Assembly (NCBI GenBank): GCA_030390025.1
Contig: JASTWF010000369.1
Span: 372,001 to 436,000 of the forward strand
Length of the DNA stretch: 64,000 nucleotides
Direction: 5' to 3'
DNA from: Squalus acanthias
Taxonomy: Eukaryota
Position numbers and translations under genes: made by a program. The notes beneath the pieces are model-generated. The model worked only from the letters and a program-made list of their open reading frames with translations. It did not search any database and had not been told where the DNA came from. This document shows positions 50,600 through 64,000 of the stretch, one piece after another (the stretch's first letter is position 1; each line of letters starts with the position of its first letter).

Positions 50600-50602
50600 T
50601 AG

Positions 50603-50633
<31 letters not shown>

Positions 50634-51070
50634 GAAAATAAAAAAACGAGTGAATAATTCTAGACTCGAATAGTCAAAGAGAAAAATGAGACAGATTGAA
50701 GTAAAAGAGAGGAGAGGTGGTAAATATAAGGAGAGGGGTGACAAGCGTGGATGAGAGTACCAGAGAGCAGAGTCGAGGAGAAGAATGGAGAAGAGAGGGC
50801 AGGCAAACAGAAGCGACGAGAGACGAAATTTAGAGGAGAGCCAAGGAGAGCAGAAGAGATGAGAGCAGAAAGTAGAGGAGAGAACAGGAGAAATGGCAGG
50901 AGAGGAGAGCAGAGGAAAGGAGGAGAGGAGAGGACAGAACAGGAAAATGGGAGGAGTGGAGAGGAGAGGATAGAACATGGAGTAAAAGAAGAGTGCATGG
51001 AGTGAAAGGAGAGAGAAGATTGGTGTAAATGAGAGGAAAAGAAAGAGATAAAGTGAACAGAAGTGAATGA
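50600..51070. repeat. GA-rich low-complexity tract
   Basis: Polypurine tract. Confidence 0.85.
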
Positions 51071-52960
51071 GATGTAAATTGCGTGTCTCAAAGATTCCAG
51101 TGAATGCGGAGTTAGATTTGGCGGGACCTGCTCCAGGGACTAGAGGATCACCTGGGCCCAGCCAATCCAATACTGTCACTAATTCCAGTTTGTCACCTGC
51201 GCCAAACTTGTTGAAAACGACCGATTTGCTGCCAACTCCACATCTGTTACAACCTCTAGATCTACCACCAGATCTTTTCTCACTGCACCTCATTGGCTTT
51301 CAATGTAACCTGGCATCTGGACTGAACAGGGACGAGAAGTCGGTGATGAATCCGCAGCTTTGTACGAAGCGATAGATGGTTAAATGATCAAGTAGTCTTA
51401 TGTTACATATGTTAATTAGCTGTTACAATATCATGGTTGGAACCTATGCAGTCACTTGTTAATGGTGGTGACCTATTCTGTCTTGTCTTCTGACTGCTTA
51501 TAGTGAGCGCCCCCTCGGGGATGTGGCTAATGTTACAATGGCAAGTCCAATCCACACCTCCTTGTCTGTACTGTGAGGTGCATGTCTCTCGATGTAGTGA
51601 GAAGATGTGGATCTATGTCTCTGGCGCTCTATTCGAAACCTAGAAAATCATCTCGGGCGGTGGCGCAAAACGGGTGGTGTCGGATCGACCGCCCGTTATA
51701 TAAAGAGTCTGATATTACAGTCATAGAATTATAGAATGGTTACAGCATGGAAGATGGCAATTCGGTCGTCGAGCCCGTGCGGACTCTCAGCTAATCGCAC
51801 TCCCCCACCCTTTCCCGGTAGCCCTGCATTTTTTCCTTCAGATACTTATCCAAATCCCTTTTGAAAGATAAGATTGAGTCTGTCTCCACCACCCTTTCAG
51901 GCAGTGCATTCCAGATCTTAACCACTCGCTGCGTGAAAATGCTCTTTCTTCCATGGTCTTTGGTTCTTTTGCCAAGCACCTTAAATCTGCTTCCTCTGGT
52001 TCTCGACAGTTCTGCCAATGGGAACTCATTCTCTCTATCTACCCTCTCCAGACCCCTCATGATTTTGAACACCTCTATCAAATCTCCTCTTAATCTTCTC
52101 TGCTCCAGGGAGAACAACACCAGCTTCCCCGGTCTATATACGTAACTGAAGTCCCTCATTCCTTGAATCATTCTCGTGAATATTTTCTGCTCCCTCTCTA
52201 AGGACTTCACATCCTTCCTAAAGTGTGCTGCCCATAATAAGACACAATACTCCAGTTGGGGCCGAACCAATGTTTTTTACAGGTTCATCATAATTTCCAC
52301 ACTTTTGTAATCTATTTATGAAGCCTAGGATCCTGTAAGCCTTTTTAACTGCTTTCTCAACCTGCCCTGCCAGCTTCAATGATTTATGTACACATACCCG
52401 CAGGTCTCTCTATTCGTAAACCCCCTTTAGGATTGTACCATTTAGTTTATATGTCCTCTCCTCATTCTTTCCACCAAAATGCATCACTTCACACGTTTCT
52501 GCGTTAAATTTCATCTGCCACGTGTCCGCCCACTCCACCAGCCTGTCTATATCATCCTGAAGTCTATCACTCTCCTCCTCACTGTTCACTATACTTCCAT
52601 GTTTCGTTTCAAATGCAAATTTTGAAATTGTGCCCTGTACACCCACGTCAAAAGTCATTAAAATATATCAAGAAAAGCAGTGGTCCCAGATCCGACCCTT
52701 GGGGAGCACCACTTCCACCAGTCCGATAAACAACCGTTAACCACTGCTCTCTGTTTCCTGTCACTTAGGCAATTTCGTATCCATGCTGCCACTGTTCCTT
52801 TTATTGCATGGGCTTCAATTTTGCTGGCAAGCCAATTACGTGGCATTTTGTCGAACGCCTTTTGGAAATCCATATACACCAGGTCAACTACATTACCCTC
52901 ATCCACCCTCTCTGTTACCTCAGCAAAAATCTCGATCAAGTTCGTTAAGCACGATTTGCC

Positions 52961-53061
52961 AGTTCTGACGTATGGTCATCGACCTAAAACGTTAACTCTG
53001 TTTCTCTCTCCAGAGATGACGCCTGACCTGCTAAGCATTTCCAGCACTTTCTGTTTTTATT
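52961..53061 (+). mobile_element. ~100-bp Penelope-terminus mini-insertion
   Basis: Flanked by TTTGCC at 52955-52960 and 53062-53067. Interrupts the CR1 RT. Confidence 0.8.
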
Positions 53062-54204
53062 TTTGCCGTTAACAAATCCGTGCTGCCTTTCCTTAATTAA
53101 TCCACCCCTATCCAAATGTCTTGATTTTATCCCTGATTACTGTTTCTAAAAGCTTTCCCACTACCGAGGTTAAACTGACTGGCCTGCAATTGTTGGGTTT
53201 ATCTGTACACCCTTTTTTGAATAATGGTTTAACTTTTGCAATTCTCCAGTCCTCTGGCACCACCCCCGTATCTATGGAGGATTGGAATATTATGACCAGT
53301 ACCTCTGCGATTTCCACCCTTAATTCCTTCAGCATCCTAGAATGCATCCCATCTGCTCCTGGTGATTTATCTACTTAAATACAGACAGCCTTTCTGATAC
53401 CTTTTCTCTATCAATTTTTAACCTATCAAGTGTCTCCAGTACCTCCTCCTTCACAATGTCCAGCGCAGCATCCTCTTCCTTGATGAAGACAGATGCAAAG
53501 TACTGAATTAGTACCTCAGCTATACCCTCTGCCTCTATGTGTAGGTCTCCTTTTTGATCCCTAATCGGCCCCACCCCTCCTCTTACTACCCTTTAACTAT
53601 TTATATGCCGGCAGAAGACTTTTGGATTACCTTTTATGTTGGCTGCCATTCTATTCTCATATCCTCTCTTTGCCCCTCTTATTTTCTTGTTCACCTCTCC
53701 TCTGACCTTTCTATATATAGCCTGATTCTCAGAAGTATTTGGACCGTGACATCTGTCAAACGTGCTCTTTTTCTGCTTCATCATATTCTCTATCTGTTTC
53801 TTCATTCAGGGAGCTCTGAGTTTAGTTGCCATACCTTTCTTCTTCGTGGGACTATACCTCGTCTGTACCCGAATTATTTCCTCTTGAAAGGCAACCCATT
53901 GTTCCACTGCAGTTTTGTCTGCCAATCTTTGATTCCAGTTTACCTGGGCCAGAGCCTTTCTCATCCCACTGAAATTGGCTTTCCCCCAATTAAATATTTT
54001 TACTCCAGATTGAATGCCTGTCATTTTCCATAGCTAATCTTACCCTTCTGATATTTTGATCACTGTTCCCTAAATGTCCACCTACTGACACTTGCTCCAA
54101 TTTACCAATCTCATTCCCCAGAACCAGATCAAGCAATGCCTCCTCCCGCATCGGGCCAGAAACATACTGATCAAGAATGTTCTCCTGCACACACTTCAGA
54201 AATT

Positions 54205-54300
54205 TTGACGAAGGGTCACAGACCTGAAACGTTAACTCTATTTCTCTCTCCGTGGATGCTGCCTGACCTGCTGAGTGTTTCCAGCATTTTCTGTTGTTAT
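54205..54300 (+). mobile_element. ~96-bp Penelope-terminus mini-insertion
   Basis: Flanked by 10-bp direct repeat TTCAGAAATT at 54195-54204 and 54301-54310. Confidence 0.85.
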
Positions 54301-55164
54301 TTCAGAAATTCTTTCCCTTCTCTGCCCTTTAGACGATTATCGATCCCAGACTATATTACGATAATTGAAGTCTCCCTTTATTACTAGTTTATATTTCTTG
54401 AACCTCTCTGTAATTGCTCTGCAAATTTGCTCCTCCATACCTTTCCCAATATTTGTTGATCTATAGAATACACCTAGTAGTGTAATGGAACCTCTAAAAA
54501 TGTTTATAAATTCTGTCCGTGACCCCTCCAGGACATCCTCTCTCTCGCACACTGTAACATTCTCCTTGACCAATACTGCTACTCCACCTCCTGTCTTTCC
54601 TTCCCTATCTTTCCTAAACACCTTATAAGCAGTGATATTTAAAACGCAGTCCTGCCCTCTTTGAGCCAGGTCTCAGTTATTACCGCAACATCATATTCCC
54701 ATGTGGCTATTTGTTTCTACAGCTGACTTATCTTGTTTACTAGGTTTCATGCGTTCACATACATACACTGTAAACCCATCTTAGACCATCATGTATTCTC
54801 TCTTAGTTGGACCCCACCTAATATCTTACTATTTCTGACTTCAGTGCTCTCTGCCTCCCCCAATCCTTTAAGCACTTTATTTCCCCTTTGTAATGTTACA
54901 TCCCGGTGCCCATCCCACTACCAATTTAGTTTACACCCTCCCCATCATCACTAGCAAATCTCCCCGCAAGGATGTTGGTTCCGGCCCTGTTGAGGTGCAA
55001 CACGTCTGGCCTGTAAAGGTCCAACCTCCCCCAGAACCGATCTCAATGCCCCAGGAATCTGAAGCCCTCCCTCCTGCACCATCTCTCCAGCCACACATTC
55101 ATCTGCACTACCCTCCTATTTCTGTACTCAGTCGCACGTGGCACCAGGAGTAATCCGGAGAGTT

Positions 55165-55970
55165 TTTTTAAATTCTCTTATGGGACCTGGGCGTCGCTGA
55201 TAAGGCCAGCATATATTTCCCATCCCTAGTTGTCCTTGAGAAGGTGGTGTTGAGCCGCCTTCTTAAACCGCTGTAGTCCATGAGGTAAAGGTACTCCCAC
55301 TGCGCTGTAAAGGTAGGGAGTTCCAGGATTTTGACTCAGCGATGATGAATGATCCGCGATATAATTCTAAGTCAGGATGGTGTGTGACTTGGAGGTGAAC
55401 TTGCAGGTGGTGGTGTTCCCATTCGCCTGCTGCCCTTGTCCTTCTAGGTGCGAGAGAGCGCGGGTTTTGCAGGTGCTGCCGAAGAAGCCTTGGCGAGTTG
55501 CTGCAGTGCATCTTGTAGTGGTACACACTGCAGCCACAATACGCCGGTGGTGGAGGGAGTGAATGTTTAAGGTGGTGAGTGGGGTGCCAATCAAACGGGT
55601 TGCTTTTTCCTGGATGGTGTCGAGCTTCTTGAATGTTGTTGGAGCTGCACTCATCGAGGCAAGTGGAGAGTATTCCATCACACTCCTTACTTGTGCCTTG
55701 TAGATGGTGGAAAGGCTTTGGGGAGTCAGGAGGTGAGTCACTCGCCGCAGAATATGTAACCTCTGACCTGCTCTTGTTGCCACAGTATTTAAGTGGCTGG
55801 TTCAGTTAAATTTCTGGTCAATGGTGACCCCCAGAATGTTGATGATGGGGCTATCGACGATGGAAATGCCGTTGAATGTCAAGGGTAGATGGTTAGACTC
55901 TCGCTTGTTGGAGATGGTCATTGCCTGGCACTTCTGTGGCGCGAGTATTACCTGCCACTTATCAGCCCAA
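55165..55970 (-). mobile_element. Second LINE family (CR1/L2 group), 3' fragment nested in CR1
   Basis: ATRAGQRLHILRRVTHLLTPQSLSTIYKAQVRSVMEYS; same family as 58220-62370. Confidence 0.85.
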
Positions 55971-56827
55971 GCAAAACATTACTACCTTTGAGTTCCTGCT
56001 TTTTAATCTCTTTCCCATTTCCCTACAATCTGCCTGCAGGACCTCATCCCTCGTTCTACCCATGTCGTTGGCAACAATATGACCACGACCTCTGGCTGGT
56101 CACCCTCCCCCCACAGAATGTTCTGCAGTCGCTCAGTGGCATCCTTAACCCTGGCACCAGGGAGGCAACATACCATCCTGGAGTCACATCTGCGGCCGCA
56201 GAAACGCCTGTCTCCTCCACTAACTATCGAATCCCCTGCCACTATTACTCTCCCAGACTTCTTCCGCGCCCCTGTACAGCTCAGCCGCCCGTTGTACTGT
56301 GGACTTGGCTCTGGCTGTACTACCCAGAGGAACCATTGCCCTCCCCAGTACTTACAGCAGAATACTGTTTGGAGAGCGAGAAGCACTCAGGGGACTCCTG
56401 CACTACCTGTCCTGGTCCTCCTTTTCTGTCTGGCGGTCACCCATTCCTTCTCTGCCTGCACACTCCTTTGCTGCGTAATGAGGAACTCCTGAAATGTTCT
56501 ATCCACGTAGCTCTGAGCCTCGCGGATGCACCGCAGTGACGCCAGCTGCTGCTCAAGCTCCGAAACCCGGATCTCGAGCTCCTACAGCTGACGGCGCTTC
56601 CTGCACACATGCTTGTTCAGGACGCGGGAAGCTTCCTGGGTTTCCCACATGCCACTGGACGCGCGATCTGTGGGACTGAGCTGCCCTGCCATGCCACTAT
56701 TTATTAGGCTATTAACTAGCTTTACAGAAACTTAAGACTAAGATATATCTAATTTAAATTATTAATATAATATGGTATTACAGCTATAAATTTAACATAG
56801 TTTTAACATTTACTAATTAAATATTGT

Positions 56828-57116
56828 GGCCCAGATATTTCGATCCCTACGGGTGGGTGAGCGCTGTGTACCCACCCGCAGGGACATCGGAGATGTCGGT
56901 TTCAGGCATGCACAGCGCATGCACTGAAAAACGCCATTTCCAATCGGTCAAGAATACCCTGGAGAAGGGCCTCTGCGGGCAGATAATTCCGCTTTTTGCT
57001 GACCCTCCACCCGCAGAAAAACCTTACAATTCTTACGGCTGTTAAAAGCAGGCATAAGGCCAGCTTTTACCAGGATGAGAGTTGAAAAGGAGGCCTGCGA
57101 TCGGAAAATACGTGCC
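56828..57116. mobile_element. Internally deleted copy of the 3806-4531 MITE
   Basis: Left ~260 bp joined directly to the right-end GAGGCCTGCGATCGGAAAATACG. Confidence 0.8.
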
Positions 57117-58219
57117 AGTATTAACAGTTACCAATCTCTAAGTTTCTGTTTTATCTCTAAGCAGCTATTTAACAACGGCCCCTTGAATAGCAAGAAAAAG
57201 AAAGAAACGAATTGACCTTTACCAACCAATCAGTTACCAGCTGTCCTGTGACGTCAATGCAACTGAATGTCAGGTGCTGCGTATAACGGGCGGCCGTTCC
57301 GCTACCGCCCATTCAGCGCCACCACCCGAGATGAATGTCTCGGCCTGAATTTATTCAAAGGAGGAAATGGGCAAGGGAAGATGGCACACACAAGCAATAA
57401 TTTTACAGGAAGCCCAGCGCCAGTACTGAATACCCCAGAGCTCAAGAGTGATAGAAGTGTGCTGTAGGAGGCTGAGCCCGCTTGGAAAGTTGGAGCGACG
57501 GTGCATTTCTGGAGACAGATAGCAGCTGCAAGACACAAGGCGGCAAGAGAGGACATTTATATTCTTCATCTGTCCCATTTAACAAACATGTGTACAATGT
57601 CCACTTGTTCATTTCGTTATATATGGTTAACAGAAGGGAGGATCTCCTTCATAGCAACTATTGAGTCCTAGTTTTTAAGCCTAGGTCGCAGCAACATCAA
57701 TAAAAACTGATTGTCTGATCAATATTGGTGTTCGTGGGAACTTGCTGTGCGCCAATTGGTTGCCGTTTTTCCTACATTATAACAGTGACTACACTTCAAA
57801 CGTACTTCATTGGTTGTAAAGATTTTTGCGATATCCTGAGGGCCTGAATGGCGCCATATAAATGCAAGTATTTTGTTCTTTGTAACTCTAGAACGAGAGG
57901 GATAAAAGGAAGCAGGAATACAGAGGGATAGAAGTGAAGGAAAATAGATGCTGGTAGAGGTGAAAGAGAGGTGAGGGAAAGAAACGGAGAGGTGAATGAG
58001 AAGAGATGAAAGAGGCAAAGAGAACAGAAGTGAAGGCGGTGTAAATATCTCGGTTCAAAGATTACAAGAAATAATATTGTAGATTTACCTCATGCTGTAC
58101 CTGTAGTACAACAAAACATATTTAAATTCCATGTTAAAACTGAAAAGAAGAGAGAACAGTCAAAGATAAAGATACAAAACTGGGCGAAGGTAGTTTCAAA
58201 TGGTAAAAGTTAACGTTTT

Positions 58220-61200
58220 CTTATTCGTTTACGCGATGTCGGCGTCGCTGGCAAGGCCGGTATTTATTGCCCATCCGTAATTGCCCTTGAGAAGGTGGTG
58301 GTGAGCCACCCTCTTGAACCTCTGCAGTCCGTGTGGTGAATGCACTCCCACAGTGCTATTAGTTAGGGAATTCCAGGATTTTGACCCAGTGAAGATGAAG
58401 GATCGGCGTTATACTTCTAAGTCAGGATGGTGTGTGACTTTGAGGTGAACTTGGAGTTGGTGGTCTTCCGCTGTGCCTACTTCTAGGTGGAAGAGTTCGC
58501 GGGTTTTGGAGGTGCTGCCGAGGAAGACTTGGTGAGTTGCTGCAGTGCATCTTGTAGATGGTACTCACTGCAGCCACGGTACGCCGGTGTTGGAGGGACT
58601 GAATGATTAACATGGTAGATGGGTTAACAATCAAGCGGGCTGCTTTGTCAAGGATGCTGCCGAGCTTCTTGAGTGTTGTTGGAGCTGCACTCATCCAGGC
58701 AAGTGGAGAGTATTCCATCGCACGTCTTACCTGGGGCTTGTAGATGGTGGAAAGGATTTGGGGAGTCAGGAGGTGACACTCGCTGCAGAATACCGAGCCT
58801 TTGACCTGCTCTTGTTGCCAAGTATTTATGTGGCTGGTCCAGTTAATTTTCTGGTCAATGGTGAACGCCAGGATGTTGATGGTGGTGGATTTGGTGATGG
58901 TAATGCCGCTGAATGTCAAGGGGCTATGGTTAGACACTCGCTTGTTGGAGATAGTCATTGCCTGTCACTTCTGTGGCGCGAATGGTACCTGCCACGTATC
59001 AGTCCAAGCCTGAACGTCGTCCAGGTCTTATTGTATGCGGGCATGGAATGTTTTATTACCTGAGGATTTGTGAATGGCGCTGAATACTGCGCAGTCATCA
59101 GCGATCATCCCCATTTCTGACATTATGTTGGAGGGAAGGTCATTGATGAAGCAGCTGAAGATGGTTGCGCCTAGCACACTGCCCGGAAGAACTCCTACAG
59201 CGATGTGCTGAGGCTGTGATGATTGATATTCAACCACCACAACCATCATCCTTTTTTTCTAGATATGACTCCAGCCAGTGGAGAGTTTTCACCCCGATTC
59301 CCATTGACTTCAGTTTTACTAGGGCTCCTTGATGCCACACTCGGTGAAATGCTGCCTTGATGTCAAGGCAGTCACTCTCACCTCACCTCTGAAATTCAGC
59401 TCCTTTGTCCATATTTGAACCAAGGCTGTAATGAGTTCGGGAGCCGAGTGGTCTTGGCGGAACCCAAACTGTGCATCATTTTGCTGATGATTGAGAGTAG
59501 ACTGATGGGACGGTAATTGGCCGGATTGGATTTGCCCTGCTTTTATTGGACAGGACATAGCAGGGCAGTTTTCCACATTGTCGGATAGATGCCAGTATTG
59601 TAGCTGTAATGCAACAGCTTGGCTAGAGGCTCGGCTAGTCCTGGAGCACAAGTCTTCTGCACGATATCCGGGATGTTGCTGGGGCCTATAGCCTTAGCTG
59701 TATCCAGTGCGCTCAGCCGTTTCTTGATATCACGTGGAGTGAATCGAATTGGCTGAAGACTGGCTTCTGTGATGGTGGTGACATCAGGAGTAGGCCGATA
59801 TGACTGATCCACTTGGCTCTTCGGGATGAAGATGTTTGCAAACGCTTCAGCCGTGTCTTTTGCACTCACGTCCTGGGCTCCACCATCATTTAGGATGCGA
59901 ATATTCATGGTGCCTCCTCCCCCGTTAGTTTTTTAATGGTCCTCCACCATTCATGACTGATGTGCCAGGAATGCAGAGCTTTGACCTCATTCGGTGATTG
60001 TGGGATCGATTAGCCTTATCTATAGCATGCTGCTTCCACTTCTTAGCATGCGTGTGGTCCTGTGTTGCAGCTTCCCCAGGTCAGCACCTCCTTTTTAGGT
60101 AACCATGGCGCTGCTCCCGGCATGCTCTTCTACAATCCTAGAATCATAGGCCATTTCGGCCCATCGTGTCCGTGCCGACCAACAAAGAGTTATCCAGCCT
60201 AATCCCACTGCCCAGCTCTTGGTCCGTAGCCCTGCAGTTTACAACATCCTAAGTGCAAATCCAAGTACTTTTTAAATGTGGTTAGCATTTGTGCCTCTGC
60301 CGCCCTTTCAGGCAGTGAGTTTCAGACCCCCACAACTCTCTAGGTGAAGAAATCTCCCCTCAAATCTCCTCTAAACCTTCCACCAATTACTTTAAATCTG
60401 TGCCCCCTGGTTTTGACCCCACTGCTAAGGGAAATATTTCCGTTCTTTCCACTCTATCTAGGCCCCTCATAATGTTATACACATCAATAAGGTCTCCCCT
60501 CTGCCTCCTCTGTTCCAAGGAAAACAGACCCAGCATATACAGTCTTTCCTCATAGCTAAGATTCTCTACTCCTGGCAACATCCTTGTAAATCTCCTCTGT
60601 AGCCTCTCTAGCGCAAAGACATATTTTCTGTAATGCGGTGACCAGAACTGTATGCAGTACTCTAGCTGAGGCCTAACAAGTGTTTTATACATTTGAAGCA
60701 TAACCCCCCTGCTCTAGTATTCTTTGCACGGCTAATAAAGGTCAGCAGTCCGTATGCCTTCTTAATCACCTTATCTACCTTGACTGCTACCTTCAGGGAT
60801 CTGTGGACATGCAATCCAAGGTCTCTTTGAGCCTCTACACTGCTCAGTATTCTACCATTTAATGTGTGTTCCCTTTCATTGTTAGCCCTCCCCAAATGCA
60901 TTACCTCACACTTCTCCGGATTGAATTGTATTTGCCACTGTTCTGCCCACCTGACCAATTTATTGATATCTTCCTGCAGTCTACAGCTTCCTTCTTCAAT
61001 ATCAACCACGCAGCCGATTTTAGTATCATCTGCAAACATCTTAATCATAACCCCTATATTCAAGTCTAGATCATTGATATATACCACTAAAAGCAAGGGA
61101 CCAAGTACTGATCCCTGCGGAACCCCACTGGAAACAGCCTTCCAATCACAAAAACACCAATCAACCATTAACCTCTGCTTCTTGCCTCCGAGACAGTTTT

Positions 61201-62370
61201 AAATCCAACTTGACATTTTGCCCTGTATCCAATGGGCTTTTAACTTCGTGGTCAGTCTGCCATGTGGAACCTTCTCAAAAGCCTTGCTAAAATCCATATA
61301 CATTACATCAAACGCACTACCCTCATCTATCCTCTTTGTTGCCTCCTCAATAAATTCTATCAAGTTTGTCAGACACGACCTTCCCTTAAAAAATCCGTGC
61401 TGACTATCCTTGATTAATCTGTGTCTTTCTAAATGAATATTTATCCTGTCCTTTAGAATTCTTTCCAATAATTTTCCCACCGCCGATTGTAGGATGACTG
61501 GCCTGCTATTATCGTTCTTTCCTTTTCTCCCTTTTTAAACAAGGTTACCGCATTAGCAGTCCTCCGGTCGTCAGGCACCACACCTGAAGCCAGAGAGGAT
61601 TGGAAAATGATGATCTGGGCCTCTGCTGTATTGAACCAGGGTTGGTCCTCTGGCTTGATGGTAATGGTAGAGTTTAGGATATTCCTGGCCATGAGGTTAC
61701 AGATTTTAATACATTCCTGCTGTTGCTGATGGTCCACAGCACCTCCTGGATGCACAGTTTTGAGCTGCTAGATCTGTTCTGAAACTATCCCATTTAGCAT
61801 GATGATAGTGCCACACAACACAATGGAGGGTGTTCTCAATGTGAAGACGGGACTCCGTCTCCACAATGACTGTGCGGTGCTCACTGCTATCAATACTGTC
61901 ATGGACAGATGCATCTGCGACAGGTAGATTGGTGAGGACATGGTCAAGTAGGTTTTTTCCTCGTGTTGGTTCTCTGTCGCAAGCCCAAACTGGCAGCTAT
62001 ATTCATCAGGACTCGGTCAGCTCGGTCAGTAGTGTTACTACCGAGCCACTCTTGGTGATGTACAATGAAGTGCCCCACCCAGAGTATATTCTGTGCCCTT
62101 GCTAATCTCAGTGCTTCTTCGAAGTGGTGTTTAACATGGAGGAGTATTGATTCATCAGCTGTGGGAGGGCAATAGTTTGTAATCAGCAGGTTGTTTCCTT
62201 ACCCACGCTTGAGCTTAAACCATGAGACTTCATGGGGTCCGGAGTCAATGTTGTGGAGTCCCAGGGCCACTCATTCCCGACTGTATACCACTGTGCCGCC
62301 ACCCCTGGTGTGTCTGTCCTACCGGTGGGGCAGTACATACGCAGGGAAGGTGATGGAGGAGTTCGGGACT
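58220..62370 (-). mobile_element. Second LINE family (CR1/L2 group), decayed ORF2, interrupted by CR1
   Basis: GSVLG..FINDLP..ADD, QFGFR, KAIGP and endonuclease remnants. Host resumes at ~61628. Confidence 0.85.
60137..61625 (-). mobile_element. 5'-truncated CR1 nested in the previous LINE
   Basis: RT ORFs 60387-61480 ([14 protein letters not shown]). Confidence 0.92.
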
Positions 62371-63254
62371 ATATAAGAAAATGGGAATGAATGCTTTACA
62401 ATAAAGCAATGCAGAGACCGTGGGCATCATTCAAACAGGGGAATTAAAAATCTACAGCCTAGATATATCCCCACAAGTAAAGGTAGCTCACCAAAAGCTA
62501 GAATTTCTAGAATGTGTAGTGAAATAAAAATTAAAATGAGAGTTAAAAATCATGTGACATTTCCTGTGTAAAAGGAAATCAAACTGAGAAAAAACAGAAC
62601 GTAAAAAAAAGATTAGAACTGGTAATAAGAAGTCTGAAGGAAGACTGGCAGGTAAATAGTAAAGGTTCTTGGGAAGAGATTAAAAAAACAAAATAACAGT
62701 TAAATAAAGGGAAGGATTCATTAAATGGAAAAGGAAATAATCTTCCAGAGGGAGATAGCATCGTAGAGGTATAACATAAACGAATCTTCTGCCCCAATTT
62801 TCACCAAGTAATGCGATAGAGGGAGTGAAAGGATATAAGAGGAGGACATGGGTCGATTAGATTGGTCGTGTGACAGCTTCTGGAACCAGAAAACAGGACA
62901 ACATTGAGCCAACCCTGAAAGTGGTGGGCTAGTTAAGGAGAACAAATATCAAGCTGTAAAAACCAAGTACTGTCAGCCAAATTTAATAGATATTTCAGGA
63001 CAAACAAGTGGCAAATTTACTTTGACAATTCTGTGTGCATTAATGGGTTAACACCTCTGTAAAGTAGGTGCACACAGGAATATAGGGCAAATAGGTTAAA
63101 GTTCATGGGAGTGTTTCACTGATCAGGAGTTCCACTCTCCTATTAGCCAAGAATCATTGGAGTAAAAGCAGCTGCCTGATCTGTTTGTTTAAAACACCGT
63201 AAGTAATGTCAGTCATTGTATAACCTAATTGTCTCACTTGAGATTTCTCTCAGA

Positions 63255-63260
63255 TATAAA
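63255..63260 (+). promoter_or_regulatory. TATA box upstream of the GPCR exon
   Basis: TATAAA about 85 nt upstream of the ATG at 63343. Confidence 0.45.
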
Positions 63261-63342
63261 TAAAGGATTGGATTGAACCGGCTTCATCTTCTTGTCAAAC
63301 TGAACTATTACCTCCAGCACCGGCTTCGTGTGACTCAAAGAG

Positions 63343-63412
63343 ATGGGTCGACCAATCCTTGCCCAGATTGAAGCGGTTTACTACCCGATTCTCGCAGTGT
63401 TTGGTGTTCCTG
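63343..63412 (+). CDS. First coding exon of a GPR139/GPR142-like class A GPCR
   Basis: ATG ... CCT G|gtaagt = MGRPILAQIEAVYYPILAVFGVP. The YYPxLxxxGVP TM1 start with a phase-1 intron matches my recollection of the chondrichthyan GPR139-like family. The rest of the gene lies beyond the window. Confidence 0.8.
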
Positions 63413-64000
63413 GTAAGTCATTACCATCAGTTGTCAATGTCACTCGGCGTTTACCTGTATCACTGCTCTTGTTGATTCTGTGATCTGTTTGTTTTCACGG
63501 GCTTGTTTGTATTGAGATCAATTAAATGTCTCCACCTTCAATGAAACCTTAATGCAATAACGTCACAGAATTTCCCAGGGAAGTTACAATTGTCTCTGCA
63601 GTTCCAGCACCAACTTTCACCAAAATCTCGCAGTACTGGGGATGGAATAGGTCTTCGGCAGCAGCTCGAGACGGGCTCACAGCGAATCCGAACCCGTTTT
63701 ACTCCGCGCCCAATTTGTTCCCATTGAAATAAAATGAAAAACAATTCGGGCGCCGTATGAATCTGCTGCCAGTTCACTATCGCCAGTTTTGCGCTCCCGT
63801 CCGAGCCCAATTTCACCCACAAAGTCAGAAAATAAGAAGCTGGCAGGGAGGGAGAGAGAGAGAGAGAGAGAGATAGCGAGCGACAGAGTCAGAAATATAC
63901 AAAGAGATTAAAGAAAAGAGGCAGAAAAGGAAAGTCAACGAGGCAGAGGGGAAACTGAACTCTGCTCGCCAGGTGTAAAACCAGGGCTCGTGAGCTGACA

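Larger units (their letters stand above)
51722..56700 (-). mobile_element. Long decayed CR1 LINE with three nested insertions
   Basis: ORF2 remnants 51791-54621 and ORF1 esterase IVAGDSIV..CCLPGARV at 56003-56386. Confidence 0.88.

Noticed and set aside
51170..51215. J-segment-like peptide FGAGDKLEL on the minus strand
   Set aside because: No convincing upstream RSS, no phase-1 donor and no other Ig/TCR segments nearby; likely chance.

Overview
Repeat-dominated vertebrate genomic DNA, very probably from a cartilaginous fish (shark), judged from the CR1, Penelope and MITE families and the gene content. Much of the window is decayed, often nested, non-LTR retrotransposons. The genic core is a minus-strand cluster of non-classical MHC class I-like gene pieces: gene A (leader exon 14323-14374, intact alpha1 exon 5774-6034, remainder probably left of the window), an orphan paralogous leader exon with TTG in place of ATG (33191-33242) in a CpG-rich promoter-like region, and pseudogene C (leader 42435-42489 with a broken donor, frameshifted alpha1 40112-40371). 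The first coding exon of a GPR139-like GPCR starts at 63343 on the plus strand. Other notable structure: five minimal hammerhead-ribozyme-like motifs in Penelope-derived sequence, two of them heading ~100-bp TSD-flanked mini-insertions; a ~40-copy 61-bp hairpin-unit satellite; and a ~110-copy 30-bp minisatellite in intron 1 of gene A. Repeat boundaries are approximate, exon boundaries were read to the base, and no searches or folding computations were run.
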